From: Rhodosorus marinus CCMP1338
Taxonomy: Eukaryota; Plantae; Rhodophyta
Assembly (NCBI GenBank): GCA_029953675.1
Contig: JAMWBK010000008.1
Span: 2,053,291 to 2,117,290, forward strand
Direction of reading: 5' to 3'
DNA length: 64,000 bases
Part shown: positions 1-9,037 of the stretch, one piece after another
Layout: each line of letters opens with the position of its first letter
How positions within the stretch are numbered: the first letter of the stretch is position 1
The notes under the pieces: model-generated
Databases searched by the model: none
What the model was told of the DNA's origin: nothing
What the model saw: only the letters and a program-made list of their open reading frames with translations
Made by a program: the position numbers and the translations under genes

Positions 1-45
1 GTTTCATATTGGTGGTGCAACGTTTCCTTTGCGCATTCCCTCAGG

Positions 46-1455
46 ATGGTAGGGATATCTCCGCGCTCGACGGAGCCTCCTCCCAAGGAGGCACTGCCAG
101 GTGGGGGACTCCGTGTTCGCCTCAGCTGCGGCACGTTTTCTTCCGAGGTTGACTTGGAAGGCGCTTCTGGCACCCAGGCGCGTGCACTTATCTCCGCTGT
201 CACCAGCCTGATCACGGCTGCGAGTGATCGTGGAGTGCTCCCTCAGCTCACCCAGAAGCTAGGTGGGCTGGAATCGGGATTGCTGGCCAGGTCAAATTCA
301 AGTTCGGACGAGAATTTGAATTGCCCCAGAGTGGCAGCGTTGGCTGAAGGCAGTCAACATCAGGTCAATCAACATGAACCTGTCCCGGGACAGGCGAGGG
401 CTGTTGCTTCTGCGCGGGACAGTACGACGTTGGGGAGCGGCAGGCCGGGCCAAAACGCGCTTCAGCGCTCGGGGACTCGAGGCAATGGTGGTGGTGACTG
501 TGCGGCAACCGGTGTGGAGGAGACTGCAGCTGTGGACTTCCCTCTCTTGGACCAGCCCTCAGGTGGTCACCAGCTCCCAGCTACTTCGGGGGCACGTGGT
601 GGCCGCAAGGGGGGCGCTTCGTACGCATCAGTCTTGCGGAAGGGCACCACTGCCACACGTACGGCGGCTATGCTCCGTTTCATACCATCTCGCGAGCCTC
701 AGGATGGACCTGTGGAGACCACTCTCCAATTTCTGTGGGTGCGAAATGTCCGGCCCCAGACTACACGAGGACAGGTTCCGTCTATGCGAGACTTCCGGGA
801 CACTTTTACGGAATCGTTAGGGTGCAGCCGGGGTGATTTCTTCTTCGCAAACTATGAGGACCGCGATGTGCTGTTTTTGGTCTCCGCAACCGCCGCCAAG
901 TACCTGGAGGCCTTGCTGGCGAAGCCTACCGAGCAGTGGCCTGAGAGCGCCCGGTGGCTGCGCTGCAACCCGCAGGTGGTTTTGCACTTCGATTTTGACC
1001 GTTTCTCGGGCAATTTCCTGTCTCCGGGAGAAACGGCAGGGCTCTCTGAGCATGAGAGCAGCGTGAAGGCGGCAGCGATCCATTGGCTACGGATTCAGCG
1101 CCTTGAGAGGATCTTGTTGGAGCGGTTCCGGTCGGGCCCTCGTCACCTGCGCATGGCGGTTTCCAGTTTCTTCGATCTGGAGAGGCGACTTGTGCTGACT
1201 TCGCGCTACAAGACAGAGCTGCAGCGGGCGGGGATTTTGGAGGGCTCTGCTTCCAGCACTACTTCCAGCGAGAGTGGTGAGGCAGGGGAGCAGACTGAGG
1301 GCATGGCGGTGGAGGACGCCCAGGTTACTTTGCTGAAGCCCGCGGGATCCGTTCCGCGAGCCTCGCGGAGTGGGCGGCTCACCACTTTGGTGCGGATAGG
1401 AGGTAAGAGAGCGAGGACCGACTCCCCCGGGTCTAAGGGGGAGAAGCACGATTAG
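46..1455 (+). CDS. Family A ORF1 (469 aa), putative RNA-binding/Gag-like protein
   Basis: Intact ORF upstream of the RT ORF, conserved in all long copies, with motifs similar to the 527-aa ORF at 61847. Confidence 0.8.
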   Translation: MVGISPRSTEPPPKEALPGGGLRVRLSCGTFSSEVDLEGASGTQARALISAVTSLITAASDRGVLPQLTQKLGGLESGLLARSNSSSDENLNCPRVAALAEGSQHQVNQHEPVPGQARAVASARDSTTLGSGRPGQNALQRSGTRGNGGGDCAATGVEETAAVDFPLLDQPSGGHQLPATSGARGGRKGGASYASVLRKGTTATRTAAMLRFIPSREPQDGPVETTLQFLWVRNVRPQTTRGQVPSMRDFRDTFTESLGCSRGDFFFANYEDRDVLFLVSATAAKYLEALLAKPTEQWPESARWLRCNPQVVLHFDFDRFSGNFLSPGETAGLSEHESSVKAAAIHWLRIQRLERILLERFRSGPRHLRMAVSSFFDLERRLVLTSRYKTELQRAGILEGSASSTTSSESGEAGEQTEGMAVEDAQVTLLKPAGSVPRASRSGRLTTLVRIGGKRARTDSPGSKGEKHD

Positions 1456-1486
1456 CGCTCCAGGCACGGCTGCGAGGTCGCAGCCT

Positions 1487-4400
1487 ATGGATCTACAGTT
1501 TTATGTCCTGAAGGAGGGCGGAGACTGGGGCATTTGGCGTACGCGTTTTCGGAGTTGGCTCCGGCGGTGGATTTCTTTGGAAGGAGGCTCGCTTCCCCTC
1601 CGTGGGGGCATTCCCCCAGTCGTCCTTCCTCGTGGAGACCTTCTAGTAGCTGGAACCATTCTCGATTTCATCTTCACGAGCCTGGCTCGCAACATTCGGG
1701 ACACAGTCATTTGGGTTTTCCTGGGGGTCATGCCGCGCCTGTTTCTGGCCCCCATTCACACATCGGAGCGCAGATGGCGAGTACGAGACCGACTGGCCCT
1801 GTTCTTGAAGGGAGACTTCGAAGTACTACAGCGCAGCTATTTGGCGTCGTCAGCACCATCCGCCCGTCGACTCGGCATGGCACAGTGTCGAGTACAGAAA
1901 TTGGTAGCAGTGGGCGATTTAAGTCGAGCGGCGCGGGTTTTGGAGGGCCAGGCGCCTGTCCTCCCCTACGATGATAGTCTCGCCCAGACGGTGTCGTCTT
2001 TGTTCCCTGAGTCCGACGTGGATTTGGCCCCTGAATTCGAGGTATTCTTGGACCGTCCGGAGTTGGCCAGGTTTCGCATCGATTTGACGCTCAGTGAGTC
2101 TGACCTGGAGGATTTGCTTCGTACCTCGCGTCAGGGACGCTGTCCCGGACCCTCCGGACTAAGAACAGAGCTATTGCAGGCCCTGAGCCAGCCTGGCAAG
2201 AGCGCGCTTCTGAGGATCCTTAACAAGTTGTTCCAGGGCGTATCGCGTGCGTCTGCGCCATGGGAACATCTCCGGCAGGCACAGCTTTGCTTGCTCACGA
2301 AACCTGACCACCAGCCGGCCCACCCGCGTCTCCGGCCAATCGGGATGGTGGAGAGCCTACGCAAGTTAGCCGGGAGGTGGCTATGCCAGCGCCTTCGCCA
2401 GCGCGTCACAGCTTTTATGCCGCCCTTGCAAGTAGGGGTGGGATTTTCTGGGGGTTGCGAACTGATCACCCATGGGATCGAGCTAGAACGCGCCAGTAGG
2501 CCGGAGTGGGGAGTCTTGGTGGTTGATTTCCAGAACGCATTCAACAGCGTGTCGCGGACGCATGCGCTAGAGGTGCTCCGACGGGTGTTTCCGGAGGCGT
2601 GGCCGTTTCTATCGGGTATTTACGGAGGGGAGAGCCTCCCCTACTTGACAACGGAGGGCACTGTTTTTCAAGCACATACTGGCGTCCAACAAGGCGACCC
2701 TTGCGGACCTCTTCTTCATGCCTGTGCCCTACAGCTCGTACTTTTACGTCTTTCGACTGAGGTCTCGGATCTTCGAATCTGCGCGTACCACGATGACGTA
2801 ACATTTCTGGGCACCCCTGACACCCTGGCTAGGGGACTGACCGCGATCGAAGCGATTGCACGTCGCGTCGGTTTGACTGTGGAAACAGAAAAATGTCGCT
2901 TTCTCCCCCCGAGGGACGTGTCGCTGACCTCTCTGCCACCCACTCTGCGACTAATCAGCGAACGTGAAGGGTTCGAACACCACGGCGTCGGATTGGGGAC
3001 TGACAACTTTGTCCAAGCATCCTGCGAGCGAGTTTTGGCACGGCACAAGCAACTCACCGACCCAATTGAGCACCTACCCGACAGCATGCTGCAATCGGCC
3101 TGCTTGCTTTCCCGCTTTTGTGCCGGTCCCAGACTCAACTACTGGTTGCGCAGCCTGCCTCCAGCTTGGGGCTCGGGGATCGCGGCTAAAGCCGACGAAA
3201 TGACGCTGCAACACTGGGGAACGCTCTTGGATGAGCCCCTCGATCTTGAAGCTGCTCCCGACAGGGACTTTGTTCGTGCACAGATCGCTCTACCGTTGCG
3301 ATTAAGGGGATTCGGCGTCGCAGACCGTGGGCTGGTATGCTCGCCAGCGGCGGTTGCTTCCTGGGCTACCGCGCTGCGAACGTTGGTGACCTTCCAGATG
3401 CGAAGTGCCTGCCTCTTGGCTCGAGCTTTGACCAACGAGGATCCAGTGACCCTGCCGCCCCCGCTTTTGACAATTTATGATGGTCTTCAACACGCGTTCA
3501 GGAGGTGCAACGCCGTGCCGGACGCAAATCGGTCCCGCTTTCGTTCCTGGAGGGAGCTGTTATGGGGACGAGCTGAAGCGATTGAGGATTGTCCCCTCGA
3601 CCGAGTTCTTACCGATGACGGAGAGGCTAGCCCCGGGTCACCTGTTGCAGACTACCCGGGTTTGAGCCGATTGTGGAGCTCCCGCACTGATGTGATTCAA
3701 CATAGCCTCACCTGGGGCCAACACAGTGCCGCTCACACAGTCATGCTCAATTCTCCTCTCACGCCGCCTACCACTGCCGCTCGTCTCCGCGGCATGGGAG
3801 GCCACCTCTCGCACTTGTGGTTAACCACTCTACCGTCGTCATTGAGTCATCGTCTCGATGCTTTCCAGTTCCGTTCTGCCGCACGGATCTATCTCGGTTT
3901 GCCACAGGCTCCGTGGCACTCTAATCGGCCGTCTTTCTGTCAGGGATGTGAGAGCCGGATTGACGCTTTTGGCTACCACTTCCTGGGTTCCTGCGGACTG
4001 TTGCGAGGTCTCCGTACGAGGCGTCACACTCGCCTCAAGTACATCCTCAGCGAATATTTGACTCGGATAGGGCATACGGTTGAGGTTGAGTCGGAACTGC
4101 CCAGATCAATCTCGGACTCTGCACCGCCCCGTTGTATAGCCGATCTCCTCGTCTCCGACGCTGCTGCCAGACGCTCAACATATGTGGACCTTGCGATTAC
4201 CTGCCCCGTGGCCAGCGCCCACCTCACCGCAGCCGCCCGCCGCCGGGGGGCCGCGGCTTCAGCCCTTCGAAGAGTTAAGGAACGACGGTATGCTGAGAGC
4301 ATGGCCAGTCTGCCTTGCGCTGAGGGTCGCTCTCACCGGTTCCAGCCATTCATTGTGGAAAGCTTTGGTCACGTGGATAAGTCGGGTTTAGAGTGGTTGC

Positions 4401-4543
4401 GGAAACGTTTTGCTGAGCATCCTACTGAATATTTGGCGCTCTTGAGGCGTTTAAGTGTCTCCCTTTGGCGATATTCCAGCGACATGCTTTCCGAGGCGCG
4501 CCATCGGCGCCTGGGGTTGCATGCTTCCCTCCCTAGTTATTAA
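1487..4543 (+). CDS. Family A ORF2 (1018 aa): reverse transcriptase, CCHC zinc knuckle and restriction-like endonuclease (CRE-like)
   Basis: RT motifs RLRPIG, VDFQNAFNS, GVQQGDPCGP and AYHDDVTF. Zinc knuckle CQGC...HFLGSC...RTRRH. RLE motifs IADL...YVDLAI...KERRY...PFIVESFG. No APE domain. Confidence 0.92.
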   Translation: MDLQFYVLKEGGDWGIWRTRFRSWLRRWISLEGGSLPLRGGIPPVVLPRGDLLVAGTILDFIFTSLARNIRDTVIWVFLGVMPRLFLAPIHTSERRWRVRDRLALFLKGDFEVLQRSYLASSAPSARRLGMAQCRVQKLVAVGDLSRAARVLEGQAPVLPYDDSLAQTVSSLFPESDVDLAPEFEVFLDRPELARFRIDLTLSESDLEDLLRTSRQGRCPGPSGLRTELLQALSQPGKSALLRILNKLFQGVSRASAPWEHLRQAQLCLLTKPDHQPAHPRLRPIGMVESLRKLAGRWLCQRLRQRVTAFMPPLQVGVGFSGGCELITHGIELERASRPEWGVLVVDFQNAFNSVSRTHALEVLRRVFPEAWPFLSGIYGGESLPYLTTEGTVFQAHTGVQQGDPCGPLLHACALQLVLLRLSTEVSDLRICAYHDDVTFLGTPDTLARGLTAIEAIARRVGLTVETEKCRFLPPRDVSLTSLPPTLRLISEREGFEHHGVGLGTDNFVQASCERVLARHKQLTDPIEHLPDSMLQSACLLSRFCAGPRLNYWLRSLPPAWGSGIAAKADEMTLQHWGTLLDEPLDLEAAPDRDFVRAQIALPLRLRGFGVADRGLVCSPAAVASWATALRTLVTFQMRSACLLARALTNEDPVTLPPPLLTIYDGLQHAFRRCNAVPDANRSRFRSWRELLWGRAEAIEDCPLDRVLTDDGEASPGSPVADYPGLSRLWSSRTDVIQHSLTWGQHSAAHTVMLNSPLTPPTTAARLRGMGGHLSHLWLTTLPSSLSHRLDAFQFRSAARIYLGLPQAPWHSNRPSFCQGCESRIDAFGYHFLGSCGLLRGLRTRRHTRLKYILSEYLTRIGHTVEVESELPRSISDSAPPRCIADLLVSDAAARRSTYVDLAITCPVASAHLTAAARRRGAAASALRRVKERRYAESMASLPCAEGRSHRFQPFIVESFGHVDKSGLEWLRKRFAEHPTEYLALLRRLSVSLWRYSSDMLSEARHRRLGLHASLPSY

Positions 4544-4581
4544 TTCATCTTCACGCCTTGCGTAGCGCTTCAGGCTATGCT

Positions 4582-4900
4582 AGTAAAGTCCAGTAAAGTC
4601 CAGTCCAGTAAAGTCCAGTAAAGTCAAGTAAAGTCCAGTCCAATAAAGGCATTAAAGCCCAGAAAAGCCCATAAAAGCCCAGTAATGCCAGTAATGCCCA
4701 GAAAAGGCCAGAAAAGCCCAGTACAGCCCAGTAAAGCCAGTAATGCCCAGAAAAATCCAGAAAAGTCCAGGAAGCCGAGGAATGCCAGTAAAGCCCAGTA
4801 AAGCCAGTAAAGCCAGTAAAAGCCAGTAAAGCCTAGTAAAGCCGATAACGCCCAGTAAAGCCAGTAACGCCCAGTAAAGTCTGGGTTTAGTAAAGCTAAG
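4582..4900 (+). repeat. Degenerate 9-10 bp tandem repeat tail (AGTAAAGTCC grading into CCAGTAAAGC variants)
   Basis: Visible directly after the family A 3'UTR. Confidence 0.9.
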
Positions 4901-5145
4901 AAGACCCCATAGCCGGGTAGAAGACTACTTTCTATAGGGGACAGCGCTTTAAGCAAATGCCTGAAATATGAGATGAATGACTTCCCCTCGCCCGTATGCT
5001 GGGCATCGACTTCACACGCGATCTTCACCGTCGCATATACACACTACCTGTCCTTTGACGACGTCTAGGACGGCAAGCATCTGGGCAAGCAATACGTACA
5101 TTTTCCAAGAGTGTCAATTAGAGGGAGAAGCGTTTGATGTAAGAG

Positions 5146-6507
5146 CTATCGAACTTGTCGCCTTACCAGTCCCTCTCCAGCTGGGCCACACTCCGATCCG
5201 ATCATCTCTATTTCAGCTTCAAAGATACAACGGTTGGGGAGGCGTGCCAAACTAAAGTCGAACTGCCCCTCGTTTAGGCCTTGCGTTTGATTGGGTTCCA
5301 GGGTTACCCATTCTCCTAGCGTGTTCCCCAGATATGCAGGAATGCAATACCCGCAAATAACGCTGCCGATCCGTCCAACAACTCCCTCGGACGGAAGTTC
5401 TCCATAAAGGGAACTCACTGCCGACTTTCCAACATTCAGTGGGCCTGTAGCCGCGAACATCAGGGCGGGACTGCTCCTAAAGCTAACAAATTGTATTAGA
5501 TTTCGCTGGATCTCGAGGGAGGCCCTCACCGAGTACCTGATGTCAACCACTTCAGGATTTACGAACTCGACAGCAAAAGCGACTGAAGACGGCAACCCAG
5601 AGAGTTCTGGAACCGAAAACGTTGCAAACAAGCTTGAGCTCGAGTCCTCAATTAGCAAAGACGATGCTGGCCGACGGATAACCGTTTTTGCTTCCGCAGG
5701 CATGGGTGCCTCCGTAGATGTAGGTATCCCTTCGTAAACCGTCAGTTCGAGCTGGGACGGCAGGATCTCCTGTGCGCCCCGTAGAGGCGAAGCCACAAGT
5801 TGAACGGTTCCTCCATCAATGTCGATGCGGTTGATGCCGACATACAGCGGTTCCTCGCCGAGTTCTTTGCACGACAACTCGAGTCCGCATGTCAAGAACT
5901 CAGCATCCTCCCCGGCGCTGGGGTCGCATGCACTGATGGGTGAGGTGTCGGGGCAGCTTATTGTCGATGATGCTGGTGGGGAATCCGAGGCCTGTAATCT
6001 CACTGGTGTTGGGCTACGGTTCCCAACCAGGCTAGCAGTACGCACTTTGCCGTCCTCCATTCGAACCTTCGCTTCCCCCACGAGCAACAGGTTTCCACCT
6101 CCTCCGCTGCAGCAGTCACGCTCTGTCTGAATATCATCCAGGCATGCGTCTACTCTCACAGTGGTCGGCTCACTATCCAGAAACTTCCTCTTACGAGTGA
6201 ACCGAGCGTTATCGCTAGGAATATCTCGAAGCCATAGTCCAACTTTAGCTCGTCTAATCCCAAGTCCATCTCGGACGACAAAAGTGAACCTGAAACACTT
6301 CTCTCCTTTGTTAGGTCCCTGCGTCTTCACGACATCGCTACTGTTTACGAATCCCACCGCTGTACCGTCAACTTCAAGCCCATAGCACCCATGAGAAGCC
6401 GTGAATGAAGAAACAAGGGGATTAAAATAGTCGGCGCATGTGCTAGCCTCCCCGACGGTCAAGCCGACAATCCCGGCGACCAGGATTACTACCAACCCGT
6501 ACTTCAT
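5146..6507 (-). CDS. Secreted protein (453 aa): Cys-containing N-terminal domain plus C-terminal lamin-tail-like domain
   Basis: Hydrophobic signal peptide MKYGLVVILVAGIVGLTVGEA. N-domain resembles the one at 12040-12783. C-terminus has IQFVSF...ATGP...W...T.G.N.GQF. Confidence 0.8.
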   Translation of the reverse strand: MKYGLVVILVAGIVGLTVGEASTCADYFNPLVSSFTASHGCYGLEVDGTAVGFVNSSDVVKTQGPNKGEKCFRFTFVVRDGLGIRRAKVGLWLRDIPSDNARFTRKRKFLDSEPTTVRVDACLDDIQTERDCCSGGGGNLLLVGEAKVRMEDGKVRTASLVGNRSPTPVRLQASDSPPASSTISCPDTSPISACDPSAGEDAEFLTCGLELSCKELGEEPLYVGINRIDIDGGTVQLVASPLRGAQEILPSQLELTVYEGIPTSTEAPMPAEAKTVIRRPASSLLIEDSSSSLFATFSVPELSGLPSSVAFAVEFVNPEVVDIRYSVRASLEIQRNLIQFVSFRSSPALMFAATGPLNVGKSAVSSLYGELPSEGVVGRIGSVICGYCIPAYLGNTLGEWVTLEPNQTQGLNEGQFDFSLARLPNRCIFEAEIEMIGSECGPAGEGLVRRQVR

Positions 6508-7351
6508 GAATATTCGTTCAACTAGGTCACCGAGTAATGAAGCTGCTCGCGTCTACACGCTACCTCGTACGTCCCCCACTGGCCACTGGCCTGACTCGGA
6601 TTGTTACTTAACAGTCATGTTTATATGCTCTTCAGCCTGGGCGTACTGAGGCCGTTGGCGAGTGTCAGATCAGCTCTGACAATCGGGTTTGTGCGTTAAC
6701 CGACGACGATCCATGTAGTGTTGAAGGCTTGATTGGGAACCGCTGATAAGAGAACGCAGTAGCAAGAAACAATTCATGGTTGCGCGACACTCTCCCATCT
6801 CCCAACGGCTTTTTTCTTTTTGATTGGATCGATAAGGAGTCAGGGGAGCAGACTTCCAAAGCTTCCAGAACGGTTTTTTTTCAGGCACAGTTTCACCTGG
6901 CTGATGTTGGAATTCTGGCTCTGGCATTGAATGTAGGTTACTTTTGAGTTTGACAGCCTGTCATTCTTAATTATTCCTTATGGCCGACAGATGCGATGAA
7001 CCGTCGATTGGCGGCAAGTGGATACGATATTATGTCGAAAACCCAAGTGAATGAATGAATGGTTTAATAGTGACAGGGGAGTGAAGCAGAGAAGGGAGTA
7101 TGAAGGACTTGCAGTAAAGGTAAAGGATGAAATTCTTGAGACGGATGAGTTCTTAAGTGGATTGTATCTATTGCTTATTGGTGTGAGCTTCACCGTCGAA
7201 TCGTATAGAACGATTAGCGGGAAGGAGTTTCACGAAAGCGGAATTGTTTATGTCGAACGCTCTCTCTCCAGCGATTTTGGAACGTCAAGTTGCATCAGAT
7301 ATTGCGTGTAGGATTCCATGAGCTCTTATATATTTTTCATTCCCGGGTGGG

Positions 7352-8135
7352 CCCTGCTCTCAGTGGCTCATGACCGTACCAGCCTTTCCGCCACTCACAC
7401 TGTCGGATTTCGAAGTGCGTACTTCACTGCGCTTATACCTCGGCTTACATCAGCCCCCTTGGCCGTACGAGATGGGTTCGTCGTGCCCTCTCTGCTCTCA
7501 GACTGAAGACAACGCAGATTTTGGCGCCCACCTGCTCGCTAGTTGCCCGGCGGTGAAAGGTGCTCGAACCCGCCGCCACACACGGATCTTGAACCTGTTA
7601 TACCGGGAACTTCGGCCTATAGTCCGGCAAGCCGGTCTGGAAATCGAACGTGAGAAACCTTTACCCGTCGCGGACTTTCAAAATGATGAACGCCGTGTAG
7701 CCGACCTGGTGATCACCTGTGACGACAGCCGCCGTACCACATACGTTGATCTTGCTGTTCCTAACCCTCAAGCTAGTCGTTATCTCCCGGCTGCGGGGGA
7801 GCGCCGTGGATCTGCCGCCACCAGCATGAGACGCCGCAAAGAGATCAAATACGCGGGGGCTTTGTCTTCCCCTGGTGTTCGTGCTTCGGCATTAGCACAT
7901 CGCTTGGTACCCCTGATCATTGAGTGCTTTGGGTTCATGGACTCTGTTGGTTCTCGCTGGCTTCGGGAGTTGCTCCGCGAACGCCCTGACCGTCTTCAAT
8001 CGTTGTTTACCCGCTTAAGTTTCCTGCTGTGGCGCATGAATGCCGCTTTGATGTTGGAGGCGCGAGTACTTCGCCGCGCTTAGTCTTTTTTTCCCCTCGG
8101 GGTTTTTTTTTCAGCCTCCGATTAAACCATTCATT
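7352..8135 (+). mobile_element. Family C RLE retrotransposon, 5'-truncated (zinc knuckle and RLE; ORF 7370-8083)
   Basis: CPLC...HLLASC...RTRRH and VADL...YVDL...PLIIECFG motifs, T-rich 3'UTR, attaaaccattcattc tail. Confidence 0.88.
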
Positions 8136-8149
8136 CGTTCGATAAGAGC

Positions 8150-8830
8150 ATGGTCGGTCTTCCCTGGGTAGAGGGGCCATTCTCATCGGTTCCAGCCTTC
8201 ATTGTGGACAGTCTCCGGCGTATGGATCAATTCAAGATTGGAGTGGCTGCGAAAATGTTTGCTGACCATCCGGTTGAATATCTGGGATTCCTACGCCGTT
8301 TTTTAGTGTCGCTCTCTGGCGATTTTGTAACGGCATGCTCGCCGAGGCGAGCCATCGCCGCCTGGGTTTGCCCGCTTTTCTCACTAATTTCTATTCCCCT
8401 TTCACACTGCGCAGTGCTTCAATAAAAACCAACCGAGAAACTATTGTTAATTCATCAGAATCCTATACCTGGTCTACTTAGGATACGGTCGTCAGTTCAG
8501 TCAGCGACGTACAGCAGCTGCAGCCCACAGGCGAAGAGCGGCAGAGGGGAGATAGGTACTTGACACCGCGCATGTGACAGCGAGATCCAGATATGCTGAG
8601 CGCACTGGCGAACGGGTCCGATGCCAGGAGATCTGTGATACATCTGGGCGGCGTGGTGGCCGAGGCTATTCTAGTAGAACGACCACCCCTTTTGAACATT
8701 TTCAGGAAAGAGGTTTCTTGATGTGGCGTATGAACACTGTTTTGATGTTGGCGGCCCGCCATCTTCGCCGTGCTTAGTCTTTCTTTCCCTTACAGGGTTT
8801 TTTTCTTTCAACACCGAACTAAACAAAATT
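8150..8830 (+). mobile_element. Degenerate 3' fragments of A'-like and C-like retrotransposons
   Basis: Translations resemble the ORF2 C-termini (PAFIVDS...HPVEYL; FLMWRMNTVLMLAARHLRRA*), followed by a C-type 3'UTR. Confidence 0.65.
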
Positions 8831-9037
8831 CATTCAGGAAAGAAACTATTGTCGGTTTCTTCAAGGGTTTTGTCTCGAGCTCCCACGCTGCAAAATATTT
8901 TTCTGTGGCTGCTTACGAACATAGCGTTGGCGCTATGCACAGGGCAGAAAGTGAACTAGGTACTGGGGACAAAAAAAGTGGTCAAGCTTGGCTAAGGCTG
9001 TTCTAAGAAGGTACATGCGCCCACTTTCACAGCCACA

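Larger units (their letters stand above)
1..4640 (+). mobile_element. Non-LTR RLE retrotransposon, family A copy 1; near full length, 5' UTR cut by window edge
   Basis: Two ORFs, conserved 3'UTR and (AGTAAAGTCC)n tail. Near-identical to the copies at 19477-24296 and 43628-48386. Confidence 0.93.

Noticed and set aside
374-4391. Many short overlapping or antisense ORFs recurring in each family A copy
   Set aside because: They recur only because the copies are near-identical and GC-rich; there is no independent coding signal.
4624-5028. 134-aa minus-strand ORF rich in W/L/G/F
   Set aside because: It is simply the translation of the low-complexity tail repeat.
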